From Eledone cirrhosa (Eukaryota), in contig OZ024756.1 of assembly GCA_964016885.1 (NCBI GenBank), positions 41,912,001-41,976,000 on the forward strand: 64,000 nucleotides of DNA. Reading direction: 5' to 3'. Made by a program: the position numbers and the translations under genes. Below are positions 1-13,191 of the stretch, one piece after another. Position 1 is the first letter of the stretch, and every line of letters begins with the position of its first letter. The notes below the pieces were generated by a model. It had not been told where the DNA came from and made no database searches. It saw only the letters and a list, made by a program, of their open reading frames with translations.

Positions 1-422
1 TACCACATCACATTGATGTCTAGCTATCACATCACATTGATGTCTAGCTATCACATCACGTTGATGTCTAGCTATCACATCACGTTGATGTCTAGCTACC
101 ACATCACATTGATGTCTAGCTATCACATCACGTTGATGTCTAGCTACCACATCACATTGATGTCTAGCTATCACATCACATTGATGTCTAGCTATCACAT
201 CACGTTGATGTCTAGCTATCACATCACGTTGATGTCTAGCTATCACATCACGTTGATGTCTAGCTATCACATCACGTTGATGCCTAGCTATCACATCACA
301 TTGATGCCTAGCTATCACACCGCATTGATGCCTAGCTATCACATCACATTGATGTCTAGCTATCACACCACATTGATGCCTAGCTATCACATCACATCGA
401 TGCCTAGCTATCACATTACATT
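1..422. repeat. 24-bp minisatellite (TTGATGTCTAGCTATCACATCACA), about 17 copies, runs off the window start
   Basis: Direct tandem periodicity; explains the LMSSYHIT repeat ORF 13..480. Confidence 0.95.
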
Positions 423-878
423 GTTTAGCAGCTTCCGATGGGTGGAGGTGGAAAATACTTTGGTGTTTCTTGAACATTAGTTAGAGAAACGAAATAAAGA
501 CATTACTATCAAGTAGTTTTCATCATCATCATCAGTATCCCCACAAATGTGAACATATGTGTATGGTTGTGTGTATATATATATGGTCTGGAACTAGCTG
601 TTGAAATGGCAAAAGCTCAGCCATTGGTGTGTATGTGTGTCCCGACTCTTTATATATATATATATATACCAAGGGCGGTGCCCCAGCATGGCCTCAGCTG
701 GGTGGCTGGAACAGGTAAAAAAAAAGTATATATATATAAACAAATAAATAAACGAATATAAACACACACAGACACCCGGATGTAACACATGCGCAAACTA
801 AGCACACAACACACACAAAAACAAGATGGCGTAGGACAGAACAAAGGAGAGGCACAAAAACAAAGAAAAGAATCCCCA

Positions 879-921
879 GTCACTGAAGAGGTCACAGAAT
901 GTGTGACGAAAGAACTTTGAC
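879..921 (+). ncRNA. Minimal type-I hammerhead ribozyme-like motif (variant)
   Basis: gtca-CTGAAGA-g-gtcaca/tgtgac stem II-GAAA-gaac-TT-tgac; one extra nt before stem II. Confidence 0.45.
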
Positions 922-1162
922 AATATATAAACAATCATCTGGCTGTGGAACCAACCAACCAACCGGAAATTTATAAATTCCTAAATTTATAAATTTATTA
1001 TAATAAATTGAAGTGAAAGCAACTGGTGCGTGTGTTTCTTATTGGCAACATGACCCTCCCAAAGTATAACAATATATATATATATATATATATATACTAT
1101 TTCTTTACCTGTTCCAGCCATCTGACTGAGGCCATGCTGGGGCATTGCACTTGGTATATGCG

Positions 1163-1198
<36 letters not shown>

Positions 1199-1914
1199 CC
1201 TTATCTGTGATTTTTTTTTCTCTCAGCAAGAATAATGTCACTTTTAGAAAGTCCCCTTTAAAGAAAGAAATGAACCCCATGTTGTTTCCATACCATTCTA
1301 AGGGTTTATGTAACGTTAGAAGGTGGAGGAGGGGGCAACTAACAAGAGGACTTCAAATACATCAGAGGAAGAGGGAGGGGGGAACAGCTAAGAAGGGGAC
1401 AAAAGGAAAACATACATATATACATACACACGCATACTGAGATACAACCACACAAAACACACACATACATTCACTGACACTGAGATAGACACACAGACAT
1501 ATACATACATACACACTGACATACACACACAGACATACATACATACATACACACACAGACATATACATACATACACACACACTCTTCTGTTTACTTTAGT
1601 TTCAAAGAAAAATATTTGTCTATGGAAGAAGAAAAACAAATTTAATAGAAGCTAAGTGTATGATGATGATGGTAATGGTGGTGGTGGTGGTGTTGGAGGT
1701 AGGGTTGGGGGTCGAGGGGTGCTGTTAATATTGTTCTTGATTTTCTTGTTTTTTCTGTCTCCTCTTCCTCTATCTTCTTTTGTCCTCCACACCACCACCA
1801 CCATATATCCCTCCCCACCATCACCATCATATATCTGTTCCTCTGTCTGGTGGTGTGTTGGCTAGGGTAGTCAAGGATAGCATTAGATTTCACAGAATTG
1901 GGGCAGAATATACG

Positions 1915-1965
<51 letters not shown>

Positions 1966-2226
1966 TTCTTTAAACATGTAAAATTGTGATGTGGAGTGGG
2001 AGAAGCAAAGTGGGTCTCTTTTAATAGAAAAATGGGGGGAAAATAATACATATATACAGACATATATATATATATTGGGAAGCTTCTTGTGTGAGTTTTA
2101 GTTGTCTCTCTGCCTGACTCTGTTGAACACCTCAAACTAGAATTCTGCAGCTCCTACATTTCAACCATTGCAAACTTGTTGATCTTAAAAAACAGTTTCA
2201 GAGAAAAAAATGGAGGAAGGTAAGAA

Positions 2227-2276
<50 letters not shown>

Positions 2277-2357
2277 CATATATATGTGTGTGTATGCGTT
2301 TATATATGTAAGTGTGTATATATTTATATATATATATATGTATAAGTGTGGTGTAGT

Positions 2358-2396
<39 letters not shown>

Positions 2397-2569
2397 GTTT
2401 CTACGTTAGGCACAAGGCCAGCAATGACCCAGTGTATTACTGGTACTTTATTTTATCGACTCCGTAAGGATGAAAGGCAAAGTTAACCTCGGCGGGATTT
2501 GAATATATATAATGTGTGTGTGTTAGTATCATCACTAGTTTGTTCGTTTTCCATGCTGCCATGTAAACA

Positions 2570-3232
2570 TATCACCTTTACCATCACCTCCACCACCACC
2601 ATCACCTCCACTGCCACCATCACCTCCACTGCCACCATCACCACCACCACCATCACCACCACCACCACCACCATCACCTCCACCGCCACCTCCACCGCCG
2701 CCACCATCACCTCCACTGCCTCCATCACCACCACCACCATCACCTCCACTGCCACCATCACCTCCATCACCACCACCATCACCGCCACCTCCACCGCCGC
2801 CACCATCACCTCCACTGCCACCACCACCACCATCACCTCCACCATCACCTCCACTGCCACCATCACCACCACCACCATCACCGCCACCTCCACCGCCGCC
2901 ACCATCACCTCCACTGCCACCACCACCACCATCACCACCACCGCCACCATCACCTCCACCATCACCTCCACTGCCACCATCACCATCACCTCCACTGCCA
3001 CCATCACCTCCACCATCACCTCCACTGCCACCATCACCTCCACTGCCACCATCACCTCCACTGCCACCACCACCACCACCACTGCCACCATCACCTCCAC
3101 TGCCACCATCACCTCCACTGCCACCATCACCTCCACTGCCACCATCACCTCCACTGCCACCATCACCTCCACTGCCACCATCACCACCACTGCCACCATC
3201 ACCTCCACCACCACCACCATCACCTCCACCAT
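2570..3232. repeat. ACC/ATC-based low-complexity repeat ((ACCATCACCTCCACTGCC)n derivative)
   Basis: Degenerate trinucleotide-derived tandem repeat; source of the Thr-rich and Val-rich ORFs. Confidence 0.9.
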
Positions 3233-3331
3233 TGTTGTTGTGTTAATGACCAGGTTGAAGACTGTTATTGTGGTATAAACATGGCCACTGCCTTTGGTCA
3301 CTTTTCTTGGTGTCACACTTGATTAACTTTT

Positions 3332-3931
3332 GTGTTTACTCTGGACGATAATGTAACTTCTCACTCCACTGAGTGTTTACTCTGGACGATAATGTAACTT
3401 CTCACTCCACTGAGTGTTTACTCTGGACGATAATGTAACTTCTCACTCCACTGAGTGTTTACTCTGGACGATAATGTAACTTCTCACTCCACTGAGTGTT
3501 TACTCTGGACGATAATGTATTAACTTCTCACTCCACTGAGTGTTTACTCTGGACGATAATGTATTAACTTCTCACTCCACTGAGTGTTTACTCTGGACGA
3601 TAATGTATTAACTTCTCACTCCACTGAGTGTTTACTCTGGACGATAATGTAACTTCTCACTCCACTGAGTGTTTACTCTGGACGATAATGTAACTTCTCA
3701 CTCCACTGAGTGTTTACTTTGGACGATAATGTAACTTCTCACTCCACTGAGTGTTTACTCTGGACGATAATGTATTAACTTCTCACTCCACTGAGTGTTT
3801 ACTCTGGACGATAATGTATTAACTTCTCACTCCACTGAGTGTTTACTCTGGACGATAATGTATTAACTTCTCACTCCACTGAGTGTTTACTCTGGACGAT
3901 AATGTATTAACTTCTCACTCCACTGAGTGTT
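3332..3931. repeat. 41/44-bp minisatellite (GTGTTTACTCTGGACGATAATGTA[TTA]ACTTCTCACTCCACTGA), about 14 copies
   Basis: Near-identical tandem units with no spacers. Confidence 0.95.
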
Positions 3932-4013
3932 TTGTGAACTCCTCAAACAATACAATTAGTACCTTCTGTATTGCAGCTACAACTTCAGTTCATACCCAGT
4001 ATATATATATATA

Positions 4014-4206
4014 GGAAAAAGTATGACCCCGACGGCAGAGCTCAAGCCGTTTCGACGGCTATTTCTGGAGTCCAGAAATAGCCGTCGAAACAGCTTGAGC
4101 TCTGCCATCGGGGTCATACTTTTTCCTGTTTCCCACTCTACTACCCTAAGTATTGAGTACTTTGGTGCGTTATGGGCCATCTGGTTCCTTACCACAATTC
4201 CTTTGT
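4014..4206 (+). mobile_element. Short fold-back non-autonomous element (about 55-bp inverted arms plus unique tail) in (TA)n; relatives at 19738-19950, 23259-23466, 42995-43180, 43336-43410
   Basis: GGAAAAAGTATGACCCCGACGGCAGAGCTC... and its inverted copy; shared tail CTACTACCCTAAGTATTGAGTACT. Confidence 0.8.
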
Positions 4207-4229
4207 TATATATATATATATAATAAACA

Positions 4230-5211
4230 TGTTATATATAGGGTGAAAATCTCCTACAGTCATGATTGTCCATGGGATTTTCATGTCTACAGTTCCTTTC
4301 CAAGGCACAAGTCTAGGTACGGTGTTTATGGAAGTCCAGCAGCCGCCCATACGTACCAGTCTCCCTTCCCCACACCACTGATGTTGTCCAAGAGAAAGGC
4401 AATGACCGATACAGCTTGGCACCTGTGTCATCACAGCTATATACACTGTATACACACTGTATTCATATTATATACACTACATTCCCTATATATGGGGTTG
4501 TCCAAGGGGAAGGCTTGGCCCCAGTGATGTCAGAACTCATTTCTGGAGCAAACCCCTTCACCACACAGCCATGATCTCAGCAGAGTTATGGGTGGGGGGG
4601 ATTAGGGTATAAAAGCCCAGGAGCATGGTTCTGTTGCTGGTAATTCCATCTCTGCCCTCTCTCCTACTAGGGTTCTGCTAGTATGGTACTTTGGTATACA
4701 CTCCCCCTCTCACACTCCCCCTCTCACACTCCCCCCCTCACACTCCCCCTCTCACACTCCCTCTCTCACACTCCCTCCCTCACGCTCCCTCTCTCACACT
4801 CCCTCCCTCACGCTCCCTCTCTCACACTCCCTCCCTCACACTCCCTCTCTCACACTCCCTCCCTCACACTCCCCCCCTCACACTCCCCCTCCCACACTCC
4901 CCCCCTCACACTCCCTCCCTCACACTCCCTCCCTCACACTTCCTCCCTCACACTTCCTCCCTCACACTCCCTCCCTCACACTCCCTCCCTCACACTCCCT
5001 CTCACACTCCCTCTCTCACACTCCCTCTCTCACACTCCCTCTCACACTCCCTCCCTCACACTCCCTCCCTCACACTCCCTCACTCTCTCTCTCTCCTAGG
5101 CTTTAGCTAGTATGGTGGGGTAGTGGAGGAGGGTGCTAACTTCCCCTTGTTTAAGCTAACCTCCCTCCTTTTTTCTCCTTAAAAGAAAATAAAGTTAAGT
5201 AAAATACTGCA
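4230..5211 (+). mobile_element. Possible solo-LTR-like repeat with an internal (CACACTCCCTCCCT)n expansion at 4697-5095
   Basis: Starts TG, TATAAAA near 4607, AATAAA near 5188, ends CA; ends not confirmed by a TSD. Confidence 0.3.
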
Positions 5212-5279
5212 GTGGATAGGGGGGGGGGGTATTGAATGTATGCACACACACACACACACACACACACTCACTCACTCAC

Positions 5280-5356
<77 letters not shown>

Positions 5357-5608
5357 TGGAACTAACTGTATCCATATGTTATATATATATATATATATGT
5401 GTGAATGAGGTCTCAACCTTAATTACTGAAACTGTAGTGAATTCCAAAGGTTGACTGAGGAGATGGGGCTGTCCATCTCTCTGTTGTGTTTTCCATTATC
5501 TTTGTCCTGTGTGTGTCCCTACTTTGAACACACACGTAGTTGCTTCTTCTAAATGTAATATCTGTATTATTCTCTCTTTGGTTCATCATTTGTTTTCTTC
5601 TATTACAG

Positions 5609-5633
5609 AGAAACATTATGGTAATGAAGTGAA
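5609..5633 (+). CDS. Echinoid/Fred-like Ig-CAM cytoplasmic tail, 25-nt micro-exon (KHYGNEV)
   Basis: ttctattacag acceptor, gtaagt donor; ends in phase 2, matching the next exon. Confidence 0.6.
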
Positions 5634-5954
5634 GTAAGTATATATATACTTTCTATATTGACTTTCCTATAAGGTGCATAGTGTAGTGGTTAGGGTGTTG
5701 AACTTAAGATCATGAACCAGGTTTTATATTCTGTTTTTGAACAAAACACTTTATTTTATAGTAATGTAGTTAATATGAAGAATTTTGTGAGGTATGTAAT
5801 AAAAGACAGATAATGTTTGTTTTTTTAAGCCAGTACAATGGTGTAGAAAATATCCGAAGGCCAAATGGCGACAAATGAAACGAGAGAAAGTAATGTTTTT
5901 CGCCAGTCTATTTTAGTGAGCTGAAAAATGAGTACCAACAGTAGTTGTGGTGTT

Positions 5955-6695
5955 CAAACTGGCCAAAATCGGCCAGAATTCTCTACCTCTTTCTGTTGAA
6001 ACTAGCTGTAACTGGTTGCTCAAACTGATGTTAAGGTATTGTTCTCAAAATAAATACTTTCAAGATCTCATAGATTCGATATTATGTGAGATAATTATGT
6101 GAGGTAAAGCCTTTACCATGAAAATACAATAGTATATATAGAGTAATGTAAATGTTATGTGAGATATTATGTGAGGTAAAGCCTTTACCATGAAAATACA
6201 ATAGTATATATAGAGTAATGTAAATGTTATGTGAGGTAAAGCCTTTACCATGAAAATATAATAGTATATATATAGAGTAATGTTATGTGGGGTAAAGCCT
6301 TTACCATGAAAATATAATAGTATATATATAGAGTAATGTTAATGTTATGTGAGGTAAAGCCTTTACCATGAAAATATAATAGTATATATAGTGTAATGTG
6401 AATGTTATGTGAGATATTATGTGAGGTAAAGCCTTTACCATGAAAATATAATAGTATATATATAGAGTAATGTTATGTGGGGTAAAGCCTTTACCATGAA
6501 AATATAATAGTATATATATAGAGTAATGTAAATGCTATGTGAGGTAAAGCCTTTACCATGAAAATATAATAGTATATATATAGAGTAATGTTAATGTTAT
6601 GTGGGGTAAAGCCTTTACCATGAAAATACAATAGTATATATAGAGTAATGTAAATGTTATGTGAGGTAAAGCCTTTACCATGAAAATATAATAGT
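5955..6695 (-). repeat. About 50-60-bp minisatellite amplified from the inside of a TTAA-type MITE
   Basis: Unit ATGTGAGGTAAAGCCTTTACCATGAAAATATAATAG...; the unit and flank are reverse complements of the MITE at 58172-58369. Confidence 0.8.
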
Positions 6696-7323
6696 AAACC
6701 CTTTAGCATTAACATTACTCTATATATATATACTATGTGATGGACTGGTGTTCTGTCCAGAGGAAGTCTTGTACTCTGTCACTTAACTCCAAGGAAACTG
6801 AGCTAAACATCATCCAGATGAGCCTTTGGTCTTAGAGACTTTAGATGCTCCTTGGGGGGGGGGGGGGAGTTAATCCTGGAGAAGGCCAACAGCTTGTACA
6901 ACAAATCAAGGGTTTTATTCAGCCAGCCATCTCAATACATCAACCTGTGAAAGACTTGGTTCAGTGGTTAAGTGTTCAGCCCACAATTGTAAAGTCATGG
7001 GTTTCCTTCCAGACTGTGTGTATTCTGATAGGGTCCAGCTTCAGTGAAGTTGCCCAGCTTAGAGGTTAGGGTGTTTGGCTCACGGTTGTAAAGTCATTCT
7101 TGGCCTATTACCAGATTTATAGAGCATTCTCCAGGATCAATGAAAACTTAACTGTTATTGTTTCATGCAGATGGTGCCAAAAAGTAATTTTATTCTCTAA
7201 ATATTTCTGTGAGCATTTTCAGTTTGTCACTGGAGTTCTGTCCAGAGGAAGTTTTGTACAGTTGCTGTCTATTCTATTTTATCACTATAGCAACTGTCTC
7301 CTCTATTTTGTCTTTCTAAACAG

Positions 7324-7391
7324 CTACCCTAATATGTCAAATGGAAGGGTTGGAAATGGAGTGCCCAGCCAGCAGGTGTATGAAAATCCAG
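7324..7391 (+). CDS. Echinoid/Fred-like Ig-CAM tail exon (YPNMSNGRVGNGVPSQQVYENP)
   Basis: tttctaaacag acceptor, gtatga donor, 68 nt, phase 2 to 1. Confidence 0.8.
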
Positions 7392-7638
7392 GTATGAACA
7401 CTGTTGACGGCAAACTAAATGTGCATGAGTGTGGTTTGTCACCTGTAATCTATTATAATATTTCTGACAACAGTAAGTATTAACAGCAGCAGCAGCCATT
7501 AATCTCTCTCTCTCTCTCTCTCTCTGAGTATAATCCAGAATACTGTTGTTGTTAGTGGTCAGTTGGCAGCTGAGCTGGTAGAGCATTGGACACTTGTTGT
7601 GACACTTGTGAAGTCTTTAGAGTTTGGATCCTACGTGT

Positions 7639-8297
<659 letters not shown>

Positions 8298-8725
8298 TAA
8301 CAATTGTTATTCCAATTAGAAACTCTGTGTTAATATTTTGAACATGTTTAACAGTATTCGGGGTTGTACTCTGCTTTTTATGACGGTTCATGGAATGATG
8401 AGGTTAAATGTAAGTTAAACATCATAATTCAGTTGTTGCTATGGTATTAGGAAACATCTAACACTCTCTCATTCTTTATGTATATATATATATATATATG
8501 TGTATATATATGTGTGTGTGTGTATATATATATGTGTATATATATGTGTGTATATATGTATGTGTGTGTATATATATATGTGTGTATATATATATATATA
8601 TATGTGTCTTCATCATTTCATTTTACGTCCGCTTTTTCCCTGCTTGCAATGGTGGGACGGGAACTGATTCTGGCTTGATTCCTACAGCTGGATGCCCTTC
8701 CTAACGCCAACCATATGTGTGTATA

Positions 8726-8772
<47 letters not shown>

Positions 8773-9508
8773 ATAAATGTATATATATATATATCATCAT
8801 CATCCTCATCACCATTTAACATCCATGTTTCCACACTGGCATGGGTTCTCTGTCTAGCTATATATCTCTTTAAAACAATTGTTTCACCTTAGCGGATCCT
8901 CAGCTCATAATGGACATGGTTATACGAAACCGTATAACCATGTCCATTATCTCTTTAAAACATATATATATATATATATATACGCACGCACACGCGCGCG
9001 CGCATACACATGCACGCGCATACATACACACTCTCTCTCTCTCTCTCTCTCTCATGATCACTCTAATGCTTTTTCTCTTTAACACCCACACCCTCACCAC
9101 TCACTTTTGAGGTCAATAAAATAAAGTAATAGTCCAGTACTGTTGTCAACCCCCCCCCCCCCCCCCCTCTTGCTGAAATATATATGTCATTCATTCCATG
9201 ATCAGTCTTAGCTTTAATTACCATGGTAACAAATTAAACTCAATTGTCTGAATTCAAATTCTAGTCATTTGAATTGGGACAGAAAAAGGAGAAAAAAAAG
9301 ACGGGGGTGGGGTGTGTAAAAATGAAAAACAAAAAAGGAAAACCTTTTTCACATTGTCCAAGTTTTCTATTTCTGCATGTTTTGTAGTGTGTTCAGTATG
9401 GTTTTTTCTAGCATGTCTTCTAAAAACCTAACTGGGTATCCTACTCTATACTGTCTTTTATTTCCTTTAATTCTCTTTCTTTTCCTAAACTACACGTTTG
9501 GTATATTT

Positions 9509-9545
<37 letters not shown>

Positions 9546-9571
9546 AACATACATATCTATATATATATATA

Positions 9572-9607
<36 letters not shown>

Positions 9608-9704
9608 CTCAAATATAAGTTGATATTACTAAACCACACTTTTCGCTAACATGTATATATATACTTGAATATAGGTCCAGGGTTACTAAACCACAATTTT
9701 GGCT

Positions 9705-9948
9705 ACCATGTATATATATACTCGAATATGTCGAGGGTTACTAAACCACACTTTTGGCCGTGCAATATGTGACCCCGCACCCAAAATCAATGTTAAAACC
9801 CAAGGTTTGGCTTATATACGCCATCTAAACAATTGTTTGATGTTAATTAACTGCTTTGGTTTATAAACAGGGTTTAGAGTTTCACCTATTTCTCAGGCAT
9901 AAAATGGGGGAGATTTATATTCGAGTGTATATATATATATATATGGTA
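9705..9948. mobile_element. pogo/Tigger-like MITE remnant (relative at 59880-60074)
   Basis: Ends TATACTCGAATAT... and ...TATATTCGAGTGTATA...GGTA resemble Tigger-type TIRs. Confidence 0.45.
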
Positions 9949-10286
9949 ATTCTTTTTTCACTAATTCCCTGCTATTTTACTCACATAACATAGCTGTTGC
10001 CTTCTTTATTGATGTAATGGTGTCATCAATTCTTTCTCTAAGATATTCACTAAATCTTTGCTGAAAAATTGTTGCTTATATCACTGTTGGACATTCTACT
10101 GCTTCTATGGTGTTTACTATTATTATTGTTGTTGTTGCTGTGTTTTTTTTTTGGGGGGGGGGGGGGGGGGGATTATCTCCTCTACCCTTCCCTCCTCCTC
10201 CTTACCTTTCATTCCTGCCTCTTCCACCACCTGCCACCACCACACAGCTTGTAGGTGGCAAGTGCATTGGTTAAACAACTTCTCTG

Positions 10287-10328
<42 letters not shown>

Positions 10329-10552
10329 TCATCGTTTAACGTCCATCTTCCACGCTTGCATGGGGTTTGCAAGAATTTTTCAGCAAAGATTTAGTGAATA
10401 TCTTAGAGAAAGAATTGATGACACCATTACATCAATAAAGAAGGCAACATATATATATATATATATATATGTATATGTATATATGGTATGTCCCAAGGCT
10501 CTGATACCATCAACACTATAAACACAGAGCTGGCATATCTAAGAACTGACTA

Positions 10553-10608
10553 ACTGCCTGATGAGGTCATAGCCATTCAATGGCTATCATTCAAATATAT
10601 ATAGTAGT
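10553..10608 (+). ncRNA. Degenerate hammerhead copy (GAAA mutated to CAAA), same family as 62277-62331
   Basis: actgc-CTGATGA-ggtcatagcca/tggctatcatt-CAAA-tatata-TA-gtagt. Confidence 0.55.
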
Positions 10609-10649
10609 AAATAAAGGATTATGAGTTCATGCAATTGACTTATGTTTCG

Positions 10650-10728
<79 letters not shown>

Positions 10729-11210
10729 ACTACTCCACTCCACACTACTCCACTCCACTCCAACCCACCCCACACCTCCCCCCTCACCTATTTTAAAACT
10801 TCATGTTTGGTGGTATTTTTTATTATTTATTTTCTTATTTTAAAGTATATAATGTGCATGTCCATACTTTATAACCCAGTACTTCTCTTTGCTTGCTTTC
10901 TTACATTTCTTTTTCGCCATTTCACTAAACTTTTCTGTTTTGGGAAACTTTATTCCGCACAATACATGGCATTGAGTTCATTTTGTTTTATGTCCTGTTT
11001 TGTTTTCTTTTGTTTTGTTTTTTATCAGACTTTTGCACAAGTTTTTAAAAAATATATTTTTTGTTTATCATATCGTCTCATATTTGTTTGTAAGCTTCAG
11101 CTCATCTGTTGTCATTTAGATATTTAGCAGCAGCATAAGTAAATTAAGAAATAGTAAGGCAGGTAGTGATGATGATGATGATGTTGATGATGTTGTTACA
11201 ATCCTTCTAG

Positions 11211-11363
11211 ATGGTCCCTTCACAAATGGCTATATTGAGAACAAACACAACACTTCCAGTGAACACACAGACGAGCTGCCACCTTATACCGACAATGACA
11301 TAGGCCATGAGTTGTCTGATGAGTCTGATCCGGAGAAACCTTATGACACCTTCAGGAACGATA
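11211..11363 (+). CDS. Echinoid/Fred-like Ig-CAM tail exon (DGPFTNGYIENKH...ELPPYTD...PYDTFRND)
   Basis: ccttctag acceptor, gtgagt donor, 153 nt, open frame, phase 1 to 1. Confidence 0.85.
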
Positions 11364-11575
11364 GTGAGTACAGATATAATTAATTATAATTATTATAATT
11401 AATTATAGTACAAAGTCATTATATTTGCATGGAAAATTATCTTCTCACCAAAGACCTCCACACATCCTTCATGTTGTTTTTTCTAGTATATATATATTTT
11501 CCATCTTGACGTAATAGTCACTTATATATTATGAATTACTGTTGGCTTCTTGCTCACATTAATTTCTATATTTTC

Positions 11576-11610
<35 letters not shown>

Positions 11611-11636
11611 TGTGATAAACAACATAAGATAATTAT

Positions 11637-11701
11637 TTCATTTACCAAAGGTTTCACGAAGACGAGCCTGATGCAGACCGCTGACTTTGGTCGTCAGAAT
11701 G
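11637..11701 (-). ncRNA. Type-I hammerhead ribozyme (inverted partner of 11841-11911)
   Basis: Reverse complement reads catt-CTGACGA-stem II-GAAA-cctttgg-TA-aatgaa. Confidence 0.7.
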
Positions 11702-11840
11702 TGTTTGTATATATATATATATATATATTCATTTATTATTTACCCCTTTACATTATGTCCGTTATTTTATTTCAGCCTCGCTTTCAATTGTTCTAGACTT
11801 TGTTTTGAAATCGATATCTCACTTCCATTTTACATAAATT

Positions 11841-11911
11841 TTCATTCTGACGACCGAAGTCAGACGTCTGTGTCAGGCTCCTCTGTCTTCGTGAAACCTT
11901 TGGTAAATGAA
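11841..11911 (+). ncRNA. Type-I hammerhead ribozyme
   Basis: Stem I ttcatt/aatgaa; CTGACGA; stem II cgaag.../...cttcg; GAAA; stem III cc-ttt-gg; GUA cleavage triplet. Confidence 0.8.
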
Positions 11912-13052
11912 TAATTATCTTGTGTTGTTTATTACATAACTAAAAAGCTCTGTAGCCTACATAGAGCACTCTCTTTTCCTTTACCTTTCCTACGGAAATA
12001 TTTAATATATATATACTCTGTGTGTGATTCAGTGATCTAATGTTGTTGGTACTGAAATGGGCACTCGATGCACAAGCAGAGTATATATGTATATTAAGAA
12101 AAACAAAGTTTCATTTACAATTAATTAGCATTTTTATTGGGTATCGATTTGTTATACGTAATGTGGCCGTGTAGGTAACACGCTAAAAACCTCCCAGTCC
12201 ATACTGTAAACGTGGTTGGTGTTAGGAAGGACATCCAGCCGTAGAAAACCTGTCAGACAGTCCTATACAAGCGAGATGACCAATCTGGCCTCAAGTGAGA
12301 CAATTCCCGTCTAAACCCATGGCTTTTCTCATCAATTGTCGTACTTTTTCTTTTCTCTGTATCTATCTTCAGACGAAGGACTATCACCCAAAACGTTTAT
12401 TTACTAACTTCTTATAAGCATTATGCTAACAACATTATTGTATTCTGCTATTTTTTGTTTTTTTGTCATGTATTTTTTACTTACCTATTTGCATATAACT
12501 ATATTGCTTGCTTAGGTTTATTTTTTGTTACAGGATACTGCATTGGCTTTGAGATTTTTGGGGGGCTTGTTTTTTTTTGCATTGATTGTTGGGGTGGAGT
12601 GCTGACCTAACTAAAACAATCCTAGCTGAAAGATTGTTTCTGTTGTTGAACAAACTGGTTTTGGTCCCTTCTTCAGCGCTACTACTTTACAGTGTAGGCT
12701 GGATATATTTTATCATGGTTCCAATTCTATCACATTTCAACACTTGTGTGCTTGACCATGCTGGAAGAACAATGGTAATGAGTGGGGTATGGGTGTATGG
12801 GATAGGAGTGTGACATCTGGTGTTACTGTGGGTGATCTTGTCTTCTTTTTTGTAAAACAGTAGACTGTGATCTGAGGGAATCACTGCATATAGACTCCTT
12901 CTTTTCTGAAAACAACAAAACAAACAAAAACCAGTGCTTTTGAGCTGCTTTCTAACAACCTAACCTGATGGCTTCTGCAATAATAAGCAATACTTATTCA
13001 CAGCCTCTCACTCTCCATTTCCATATTTGCACCCTGTGTATCCTTTTTTCAG

Positions 13053-13118
13053 ACGCTAATCATGAAGAACCTCCCACTTATTCTGAGGCTTGTAGAAATC
13101 CAGCTGAAAAACCTGGAG
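13053..13118 (+). CDS. Echinoid/Fred-like Ig-CAM tail exon (NANHEEPPTYSEACRNPAEKPG)
   Basis: ttttttcag acceptor, gtaggc donor, 66 nt, phase 1 to 1; PPxY motif. Confidence 0.85.
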
Positions 13119-13191
13119 GTAGGCATGCTCTTTTGATGGTTGGTATCTTTCCCAATAGACTGAAAGCTGAGAAACTTTAAAGCACTCCATT

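Noticed and set aside
13-480. 155-aa repeat ORF (LMSSYHIT)n
   Set aside because: Translation of a 24-bp minisatellite; no evidence of coding function
2483-3316. Thr-rich mucin-like ORF and antisense Val-rich ORF
   Set aside because: Stop-free trinucleotide-derived repeat with no convincing splice sites or signal peptide; lies in a probable intron
3332-3931. CRISPR-like regular repeats (also 25091-26150)
   Set aside because: Units are contiguous with no unique spacers, there are no cas genes, and the context is eukaryotic
3977-3998. Possible extra micro-exon after ttctgtattgcag
   Set aside because: Good acceptor but only a weak gtatat donor running into (TA)n; cannot be supported
12365-12405. 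Hammerhead-like remnants here and at about 51250, 55325 and 57018
   Set aside because: Multiple core substitutions or missing halves; not counted as ribozymes
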